Source: a virus
Lineage: Duplodnaviria > Caudoviricetes
Virus record (IMG/VR): IMGVR_UViG_3300044628_000066
Location: 1 to 32,256 of that record
Strand: one strand, 5' to 3'
Length of the DNA stretch: 32,256 bases
In this document: piece after piece, positions 1 through 6,707 of the stretch
Position numbering within the stretch: the first letter of the stretch is position 1
Layout: every line of letters begins with the position of its first letter
Notes under the pieces: generated by a model
The model's input: the letters and a program-made list of their open reading frames with translations, nothing else
What the model was told of the DNA's origin: nothing
The model's database searches: none
Translations under genes and position numbers: made by a program

Positions 1-1
1 G

Positions 2-265
2 CCTACACGCCTCAAGGAAGGTTTGAAGGCGGCAATGGAGCAGACTGGCAAACTCAAGATTGAAACCCCGCGTTTCAAACTGTCAATCGCCGGCAATGGT
101 GGGAAGCAATCGCTTGAGGTAGACGATCCGTCTGCACTTGACCCGATCTTCGTACGAATTGTGCGTGAGCCTAATAAGGATGCCATCCGCGCAGCACTTG
201 ACTCAGGTGCTGAAATTGCGGGTTGCCGTCTGCTTCCACGCGGAACAAGTCTGCGAATCCGCTAG
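2..265 (+). CDS. Siphovirus Gp157-like protein, 3' part (5' end outside window)
   Basis: Frame is open from position 2. The C-terminus KIETPRFKLSIAGNGGKQSLEVDD...EPNKDAIRAALDSGAEIAGCRLLPRGTSLRIR matches the Gp157 family pattern. Confidence 0.8.
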   Translation, partial: PTRLKEGLKAAMEQTGKLKIETPRFKLSIAGNGGKQSLEVDDPSALDPIFVRIVREPNKDAIRAALDSGAEIAGCRLLPRGTSLRIR

Positions 266-287
266 ACTGAATCCGTCCGATCCTCTC

Positions 288-330
288 CCCCTGCGTCGTA
301 GCACCACACACTGCGGCGTAGGGGTTTTTT
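288..330 (+). terminator. Rho-independent terminator for the plus-strand transcript
   Basis: 14-bp stem CCCCTGCGTCGTAG / CTGCGGCGTAGGGG with three G-U pairs that form only in the plus-strand RNA, a 9-nt loop, then TTTTTT (325-330). Lies at the convergence of the two transcription directions. Confidence 0.85.
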
Positions 331-592
331 ATTCCGTGCGCCTGTAGCCGAGTTTCCACAGCAGGTGCGCGATATCGGTAGCGGTCTTGGCTACAGCGTC
401 TTCGTCTAACTCCGGACGCACCGCGTGTAATGCTTCGTGAATGACAGTATCAAGTCTGTCCTTCTCACACGGCCAGGTTGCAATACGGATGATGCGACCG
501 CGCACAACTCCTGGGTCAACCATGTCGCCGTAGTCGCGCATGTTGTGAACGAATCGCAGCGTCCAGTACTTGCCACCAAGTCGTACACGCAT
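329..592 (-). CDS. Small zincin-like (HExxH) metallopeptidase-domain protein
   Basis: 87 aa with DTVIHEALHA followed by E-D-A-V-A, a minimal zincin/SprT-like pattern common in phages. Confidence 0.7.
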   Translation of the reverse strand: MRVRLGGKYWTLRFVHNMRDYGDMVDPGVVRGRIIRIATWPCEKDRLDTVIHEALHAVRPELDEDAVAKTATDIAHLLWKLGYRRTE

Positions 593-601
593 GGCGATAC
601 C

Positions 602-1519
602 TCAGTGTGCAAGGGTGAAGTCAGGGGTTAACTGGTAAGCGGTTCTACTCGGTTGGTCGCCGTGCGCCTTGATGGTGTGCTTGGCAAGCGTCAACCGCAT
701 CCACACCGCGCCGATGACTTCCGGGCCGCGCCCCTGCTCAACGTGCCAGCCAACGTGACCGTCATCAAACTCGTCCTTGTACGTCCCCGTGCGAACGTGG
801 TATTGCAGGTCAGACACCACTCTGCATCCACCCTTGTCGCACACCAACCGCTCGCGTGACAGCGGCAAGAACCACTGCTTGTGAACGTGACCCTGCACCA
901 CAACGTCAGCGTCAGGGGTGACAGCCGCAGCGCGTCGAATCTTGAGCGTGTCAAAGGACATCAGCGCAGCACCGCCAGCACCGTGGAAATACTTGAGGCT
1001 AAGGGTGTATCGCTCCGTACCGATCTCGGCTAGGAAACGAACCCATCCTCCGTACCCACCTGGGTGGACTTTGACCTTTGATATCTGCGACATCCGCTCG
1101 CATGTGCGCTCGGTGATATCTGTCTCGCAGTTCTTCAGGATTGCAGACTCATGGTTCCCGCGACCAATCATCACAAAGTTCTTGGAGAACGGTGCGTAGA
1201 AGTCTGCTGCATAACGCACTAAGGAATCGAGGTAGTCTGGAGCCATTGCATGCTCTTCACGAATACCCGCTTTGTTGCGGCGAGGATCGAACTTACCTTC
1301 CATCGCACAATGCATATCACCGACATCAATGATTCCCGCATTGCGGCTCCTTACCATCTCTAGGTGTTTGAGTTCAAGAGCATGGTCGGCATGCGGGTTG
1401 TCGTGATGGCGATCCCCGGACAGTAGGAACCACCATTCATTCTGCTTCGACGTACAATCAAGGTCAACAAGGTGAATATTTCTTGCCGCTGCCCGTACGC
1501 TGAAGGGGATCTTTGCCAT
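602..1519 (-). CDS. Calcineurin-like metallophosphoesterase
   Basis: Motifs GDRHHD, VGDMH, GRGNHE, YFHG and QGHVH in the canonical order. Start moved to ATG 1519 (MAKIPF), which overlaps the upstream micro-ORF stop as TAATG. Confidence 0.85.
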   Translation of the reverse strand: MAKIPFSVRAAARNIHLVDLDCTSKQNEWWFLLSGDRHHDNPHADHALELKHLEMVRSRNAGIIDVGDMHCAMEGKFDPRRNKAGIREEHAMAPDYLDSLVRYAADFYAPFSKNFVMIGRGNHESAILKNCETDITERTCERMSQISKVKVHPGGYGGWVRFLAEIGTERYTLSLKYFHGAGGAALMSFDTLKIRRAAAVTPDADVVVQGHVHKQWFLPLSRERLVCDKGGCRVVSDLQYHVRTGTYKDEFDDGHVGWHVEQGRGPEVIGAVWMRLTLAKHTIKAHGDQPSRTAYQLTPDFTLAH

Positions 1520-1632
1520 TACAGTTTGTGACCGTACTTTCCTTTGATGAACCATCCGGCTCCAAAGCCAAGGCAACCGCACAAAGCACACGCCCAAACG
1601 CTACCAAGCAATGATGAGAAATCTGCAAGCAT
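1519..1632 (-). CDS. 37-aa single-pass membrane protein (not in ORF track)
   Basis: MLADFSSLLGSVWACALCGCLGFGAGWFIKGKYGHKL. TAATG stop/start overlaps at both ends. Hydrophobic core with a basic C-tail. Confidence 0.7.
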   Translation of the reverse strand: MLADFSSLLGSVWACALCGCLGFGAGWFIKGKYGHKL

Positions 1633-2123
1633 TACGCTGTCTCCTTTTTGCCAGCCCGTGCCTGTTTGAAGGCCGCGTCGAAGTATGGATCTGAGGCGCG
1701 TCGGGCTGCGATATATTCGCGAGCATCCTCAGGCTTTGATGGGTCAAGCATACCTGCGGCAAGGTCTGCGTCCTGACGCTGCCGGCGCGGCAACCAGCCG
1801 ATTGCAATGCGAACAAATGTCCCAAGGCCGCTCGACCACAGCAGGTAGCACACGCCCACTACGATGGCTGCTGCCGCGATCATCCACACGGTATTGAGCC
1901 AAGCACTCTCCTTGTCCTCAACTCCTCCTAGGGCAACGTGGATCCCTGCGGCAAGGGTGTCAATACGGGTCGCGCCTGTCACCACTACCGGGTCGTTAAT
2001 CGCCATGCCGTGGTCGGCAAGCAACTGAGCCTGGGTACGGATCTCGTTGGTGTTGTTGGCAATGCGGCTCACGGGTGAGCAGCCGGCAAGCAACAACACA
2101 ATAATGACGGCAAGGTAAATCAC
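1632..2123 (-). CDS. Lipoprotein with internal transmembrane helix (spanin-like candidate)
   Basis: Signal peptide II with lipobox LLAG-C. Second hydrophobic helix TVWMIAAAAIVVGVCYLLW. Charged C-terminal tail. Confidence 0.7.
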   Translation of the reverse strand: MIYLAVIIVLLLAGCSPVSRIANNTNEIRTQAQLLADHGMAINDPVVVTGATRIDTLAAGIHVALGGVEDKESAWLNTVWMIAAAAIVVGVCYLLWSSGLGTFVRIAIGWLPRRQRQDADLAAGMLDPSKPEDAREYIAARRASDPYFDAAFKQARAGKKETA

Positions 2124-2341
2124 GGACGCGGTGGGCCATCCGGTTCAGGTGGTGGCGGTACAAATAAATCGTTTACTTGGTCATAGGTGTAGCCTGGGCC
2201 TGGATAGCAACCGCGAATACTTCCATCTAATTTGCATTCAATCCATTCACCACCAAGATTTTCCTGACACCAAACAACAGTTGGCGTAACAAGTACGCGC
2301 ACTACCGTGTTATCAATAATTTCTGCTGCGTATTTGCTCAT
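2120..2341 (-). CDS. Hypothetical protein, partner of the Gly-rich protein
   Basis: 73 aa with ATGA overlaps at both ends. The pattern YAAEIIDNTVVRVLV...IRGCYPGPGYTYDQVNDLFVPP is typical of small genes following Gly-rich virion genes in aquatic phages. Confidence 0.7.
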   Translation of the reverse strand: MSKYAAEIIDNTVVRVLVTPTVVWCQENLGGEWIECKLDGSIRGCYPGPGYTYDQVNDLFVPPPPEPDGPPRP

Positions 2342-3252
2342 GTCATCACCAAGTTTCCATTTTCTAAGAAGGTGTGGAAGGTGTAGCCACCTGCTTGTGT
2401 AGTGGTATTTGTTGTTCCTGTAACTGATCCAACTGGCGTGCCACTGTAGCGCACAATAACAATGCCGCTACCGCCTGTGCCGCCAGTACTATTACCTGCA
2501 ACGTTTGGCGTACCAGCACCACCACCGCCGCCGCCCGTGTTTGCTGTTCCGTTAGTTCCCAATCCCGTTGCGTTATAGCCACCACCCGCGCCGCCGCCAC
2601 CCGTGCCACCACTTCCAGCAGCAGCGCCACCACTACCGCCGCCACCGCCACCCGCGTACAAAGTGCTGAAGTAGGTATCACCTGCGCCGCCGTTTCCTGT
2701 TCCAGCATTGCCGAGCGCACCGGCTGCGGCTTTGCCACCGCCACCCGCGCCGCGGTATGGGTATGCGTCACTACCAGCATCGCCGCCGTTAGATCCTTGA
2801 CCGGATGTAGCCACACCTCCCGTCTGTCCGATTGCTCCACCACCACCACCGCCGCTACCGCCGTTTGTGCCATCGACGTTTGGCCCGTTTCCACGTCCAC
2901 CACCACCACCGCCAACTGCATCGGTAACAATAGAAGTAGACGCTTGTTTGATGGTCGAATTACTTCCAACACTTGACACGCCGGATGCGGTTGCGCCCGC
3001 ACCTCCTGCACCAATCGTCACCGTGTAACTAGTCGCTGCTGTCAAAGTCACTGCGGTCGCATAGACCAAACCACCGGCACCACCGCCGCCGCCGCCGTAT
3101 TGGTTGTACGAAGTTCCACCACCACCGCCGCCGCCAGCAACTACCAGTACGTCAGCAATTGCAGGGCCGCCGCCAAGACTATTCATCGTCAGCATGTCAC
3201 CCATAGCACCGCGAGACATGGGACGGTGGAAGCGGCCGAGGAGACTTCGCAT
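2338..3252 (-). CDS. Glycine-rich virion/tail-associated protein
   Basis: VLVVAGGGGGG...YTVTIGAGG...GTANTGGGGGG...GGSGIVIVRY...YTFHTF is the polyglycine-rich domain common in aquatic phages. Confidence 0.8.
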   Translation of the reverse strand: MRSLLGRFHRPMSRGAMGDMLTMNSLGGGPAIADVLVVAGGGGGGGTSYNQYGGGGGGAGGLVYATAVTLTAATSYTVTIGAGGAGATASGVSSVGSNSTIKQASTSIVTDAVGGGGGGRGNGPNVDGTNGGSGGGGGGAIGQTGGVATSGQGSNGGDAGSDAYPYRGAGGGGKAAAGALGNAGTGNGGAGDTYFSTLYAGGGGGGSGGAAAGSGGTGGGGAGGGYNATGLGTNGTANTGGGGGGAGTPNVAGNSTGGTGGSGIVIVRYSGTPVGSVTGTTNTTTQAGGYTFHTFLENGNLVMT

Positions 3253-3267
3253 AAGTGTGCCTGTCGA

Positions 3268-3807
3268 TCAGAGGAATGAATGGAAGGCGTTCAACGTGCC
3301 GCTGCTTGACTTGCATTGAATGGTGATGTAGCGGTGACCAATCGTGTCGATGACCGCGTGAGCAGCAGGAGTGCCAAGGATGGCAGCAGTGCCTGGGCTG
3401 TACAGGTTCACGGTTGGTACGCCCGAAGCAGCGGTCAGGCCGTGGAAGAAGTACTGAGCAGTACTCTCAAACGTAGCAGTCGGGATGCTGCCTGACGTGC
3501 CGTTGTAAGCAGGAGTCAGTTCGGCGAGCAGGTTGGGAACGTACAAGTCCGCGCCGTTTACTGCTTGGGTGTACACAGACCAACCAATGACGCGGATGCC
3601 AAGACCCGTCGCGTTGTTCAACGTGTGGTACGGGGTCAGCCGCAACAGGCTCGGCTTGTCGCCGGCACTTGACGGGATGAGGAAGGTCGTGCCTGTCGTT
3701 GCAGGGATCGTGAGCGTGGGGACGGCAGCGAGATAGGCAGTGCCAGCCGCTGCTGAACTAATGCGGTACGAGGGCTGTTCGGTAGCGATAGTGATGTCAG
3801 TAGCCAT
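3268..3807 (-). CDS. Hypothetical protein, probably structural (Thr/Ala/Ser-rich)
   Basis: 179-aa ORF in the late operon with an AAGGAA RBS-like sequence upstream. No family recognised. Confidence 0.65.
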   Translation of the reverse strand: MATDITIATEQPSYRISSAAAGTAYLAAVPTLTIPATTGTTFLIPSSAGDKPSLLRLTPYHTLNNATGLGIRVIGWSVYTQAVNGADLYVPNLLAELTPAYNGTSGSIPTATFESTAQYFFHGLTAASGVPTVNLYSPGTAAILGTPAAHAVIDTIGHRYITIQCKSSSGTLNAFHSFL

Positions 3808-3816
3808 AGTGTTCCT

Positions 3817-4041
3817 TTAGGTGAATGCGCGAATTAAGAAACTAGCAGCGAGGCTCATGCCGGCTCCAATGGCCGCTGACCAACCGAGCATGTAGCCGCG
3901 TGAATATTCAAGAGATCGGATGCGCTCGTCGTGTTCCTTCAGAGCAGCCGAGTGTTGAGTGTGCATTGAGAGCAACGAATCCACCTTGCCTTCTAGGCGA
4001 CCTATGGCGAGAAACAGTTCTTCGTTGTGGGTGGAGGTCAT
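3817..4041 (-). CDS. Holin-like protein (coiled coil plus C-terminal TM helix)
   Basis: IGRLEGKVDSLL...LKEHDERIRSLE followed by hydrophobic YMLGWSAAIGAGMSLAASFLI. XhlA-like architecture, located directly after the tailspike. Confidence 0.55.
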   Translation of the reverse strand: MTSTHNEELFLAIGRLEGKVDSLLSMHTQHSAALKEHDERIRSLEYSRGYMLGWSAAIGAGMSLAASFLIRAFT

Positions 4042-4142
4042 GTATGTGGTTCTTTATGCAAGTGCAATTGTTGTAACTGTTCCACTTTAACATTGTTGAA
4101 AGTTTGATTTCGACTAAATACACCGCGTAGATTCTTGGTCAT
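4038..4142 (-). CDS. Possible 34-aa micro-ORF bridging tailspike and holin-like gene
   Basis: MTKNLRGVFSRNQTFNNVKVEQLQQLHLHKEPHT. ATGA overlaps with both the tailspike stop and the holin-like start. Confidence 0.4.
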   Translation of the reverse strand: MTKNLRGVFSRNQTFNNVKVEQLQQLHLHKEPHT

Positions 4143-6646
4143 TGCGCTGCTTCAAGTACAGCAATCCGTGCTGTCAATTCTTGGACTGCCTTAATGAGTG
4201 GTGAAATAAACTGGTCGTAACGAAGTCCCTGACTACTGTCTGGGTTATTTATGTCGGTGAGAATCCATCCACCAAAATCAACACCACTTGGCAATGCGGC
4301 CTTTACTTCTTGAGCAACTAGACCGTAATGTGTTCGACTACCAGTTACAGGGACAACCGTGTTTTTATATTTGACCCTTTCACCCATAACGGCTGGAATA
4401 ACCGTTCCATCATTTAGAATGGTTTCCTCTGTGACCATGAATGATTCCATTCCATCTTCTTCTGTCACAGTCTCGTTATGTCCAACATTAAACTTGTAAC
4501 TGACTGGGCGAAGTGCGTTCACAAAGTCCAACCCAAGATTTGAATTGGCTATTGAATTCTTTTCTCTTGCATCTGATGTGTTGATTGTGCCAGTTGCGGC
4601 ATAAATGGTAGACCACCTGTTTGATACGCCGCCCCATGTATATGAATTGTCAACGCCAGCAAGTCCATGTCCGTTTGTATCAATGATTAAACGTACGGTT
4701 GCAGACTCGTCAGTTATCTTTACTCCAGTTCCCTTAAGTGTCAATAAATCGTATCCACCAAAAGCATTTAGTTCGCATGAAATAAGTGCTGCTCCACCAG
4801 CAACAGTTCCAACCGCTCCTGGCTGAAATGTTATAGCATTTGAAACCCCAGTAGAACTTCCCAAATGAAGCAATGATTGTGCAGTTGGAGCGTTCTGATT
4901 AATTCCAATTTTCTTAGTGGTCGTTGCAGTAAGAATTGACGCAGCGTATGAATCTGTGTTTGCAATACAGAACATATAATCATTTGCAAGACCAGACACT
5001 GCGGTTGTTCCAGTATCTTTAATGGCCCAACGAGTAGTGCTACCACTATCAGAAAGAATCAATGTAGAGTTGTCAGTTCCTTGAATGTTTACTTGACCAG
5101 CGGTTGATGTCCCGCCAATTTGGTTTTTTGTTAATGCGCTAGTAAATGTAGTTGTATTAGTTTGATCATTAATGATTTCATTTACACCACCAGAAACTGT
5201 GTTATCTACATATTTTGCAACATTAAATCCAGTAATCCAATGAACATAATTACTAGAAGCGGAACCCGCCCCAGTAATATCAAACTTTAATTGATAAGTA
5301 TAATTTGTTGTGTTTCCGTCAAACACAATTCCAGAAAATAGATTTCCACTACCTTGACAAATAATTCCATTACCAACATTGCCACTATTTTGAAGCATTA
5401 AGTTTGTAAACGAATTGTAAATTGATCCATTTGCAAGCGTTGACAACATATCAATCATATGCCATTCGTGATTGATTACAAGATTGGTAAATGTGTTGTA
5501 TCCAGTTGAGTGTGTTGCATTTGTAGAATCCATCTTTAATGCTGTATCAGAATTCTGAATTGTCACAGCAATAAAGTTATTCCACACACATAACGCATGG
5601 GTATTGATCATGCTGATACCAATACCAAGTCGAGATGTCGTGTTTCTAAATGCGTTAATTACTACATCTTGAATCGTGCAATAAGACCAAGAATCCATAA
5701 GTAATCCAGTGCCAGCGTCACCAGTTAGAGCACTCGCAAGAATTCCAAAATCTTTTAACACAACATATTGAATTGAAGAAGAACCAGACTTGCTGATTAC
5801 GGTGATGCCGCTAGTTCCTGATTTTAAGATTGATGAGTTTTTGCCAGCACCATGAATCTTTAGATTTGATCGCACTAACAAACTTGATGTAATCTTGTAG
5901 GTTCCGCTAGGAATGTAAACTGAATCGGATGCTGTAATCGCTGCCTGTATCGAAGCCGTATCATCAGCCACCCCATCACCTACAGCCCCAAAGTCCTTGA
6001 CGCTGACCGTGTCGCGCAACTTCGCTAACGCGGTTCTCGCAGTTGAGTTTGCATTACTAGCGCGAAATCCAACAAGGCCTGCACCGGCCAGTGCGACTGA
6101 TGTATTGCCTAAATCTGTTCGCAACGAAGTGTCCGTTCCGGTTCCGGAGGAAACAGACGGCAACCCACTTCCATCAAACACCAAGTATTTGCTTGCCCTA
6201 TTTGTTACATTTGGCAACTCCATGTCAAGGCTTAAGCCGTCAGAGATCGGGATCTTGATAGACCGTGTCAACTCGTCAGCCATCTGCTGGATCTGAATCG
6301 TTGCCCGGTCGAGCGCGTCCGTGATGACTTCGGGGTAGAAGCCACCTTGGTTAGTCAGGTCGGTCGGTTGCAGGTTTGCAATGTCCGAGGTGATGACCAT
6401 CGTGAACCCGGTCGCCAAGAACGCGGACAGCGTTACGTTGCCACCAGGGTTGCTGTCTTGGTCGGTGTTCAATGACACCGTGTAGTCGGTGTTCAGTATG
6501 AGCGTGGACTCAAGTCCCGTTGACGAGTCAGCGCGAACAACTTGCAAGTTTGAGGCGGCAAATACCTTGAAAGCGAAAGTAAAGACGGTCGCCGTTCCGT
6601 TGCCAATATATGGCCCAGCGATTCGGACTGGTGAACTAATCGTCAT
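4139..6646 (-). CDS. Tailspike / tail fibre with beta-helix and C-terminal peptidase S74 autocleaving chaperone
   Basis: N-terminal podovirus anchor (YIGNGTATVFTFAFKVF...DALDRATIQIQQ). Pectate-lyase-3-type start VSVKDFGAVGDGVADDTASIQAAI. S74 motifs TSDAREK, LRPVSY, HYGLVAQEV and LRYDQFISPLIKAVQEL. Confidence 0.9.
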   Translation of the reverse strand: MTISSPVRIAGPYIGNGTATVFTFAFKVFAASNLQVVRADSSTGLESTLILNTDYTVSLNTDQDSNPGGNVTLSAFLATGFTMVITSDIANLQPTDLTNQGGFYPEVITDALDRATIQIQQMADELTRSIKIPISDGLSLDMELPNVTNRASKYLVFDGSGLPSVSSGTGTDTSLRTDLGNTSVALAGAGLVGFRASNANSTARTALAKLRDTVSVKDFGAVGDGVADDTASIQAAITASDSVYIPSGTYKITSSLLVRSNLKIHGAGKNSSILKSGTSGITVISKSGSSSIQYVVLKDFGILASALTGDAGTGLLMDSWSYCTIQDVVINAFRNTTSRLGIGISMINTHALCVWNNFIAVTIQNSDTALKMDSTNATHSTGYNTFTNLVINHEWHMIDMLSTLANGSIYNSFTNLMLQNSGNVGNGIICQGSGNLFSGIVFDGNTTNYTYQLKFDITGAGSASSNYVHWITGFNVAKYVDNTVSGGVNEIINDQTNTTTFTSALTKNQIGGTSTAGQVNIQGTDNSTLILSDSGSTTRWAIKDTGTTAVSGLANDYMFCIANTDSYAASILTATTTKKIGINQNAPTAQSLLHLGSSTGVSNAITFQPGAVGTVAGGAALISCELNAFGGYDLLTLKGTGVKITDESATVRLIIDTNGHGLAGVDNSYTWGGVSNRWSTIYAATGTINTSDAREKNSIANSNLGLDFVNALRPVSYKFNVGHNETVTEEDGMESFMVTEETILNDGTVIPAVMGERVKYKNTVVPVTGSRTHYGLVAQEVKAALPSGVDFGGWILTDINNPDSSQGLRYDQFISPLIKAVQELTARIAVLEAAQ

Positions 6647-6673
6647 GGGACTTGACTCCTAAAGGTTGCTGAA

Positions 6674-6707
6674 AGAATATTCATTTGCATGTTCCATACG
6701 GGTACTA
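6674..6707 (-). promoter_or_regulatory. Putative phage late promoter (copy C) upstream of tailspike
   Basis: Minus strand TAGTACCCGTAT-N16-TATTCT, followed by an AGGAG RBS and ATG 6646. Confidence 0.7.

Noticed and set aside
1963-1970. Partial match ATACGGGT to the late-promoter motif
   Set aside because: Only 8 of 12 nt match, it lies inside a CDS, and there is no -10 box at the 16-nt spacing.
2364-3014. 216-aa Val/Ala-rich alternative-frame ORF and ccacc/ccgcc microrepeats
   Set aside because: By-product of poly-Gly codons in the Gly-rich gene.
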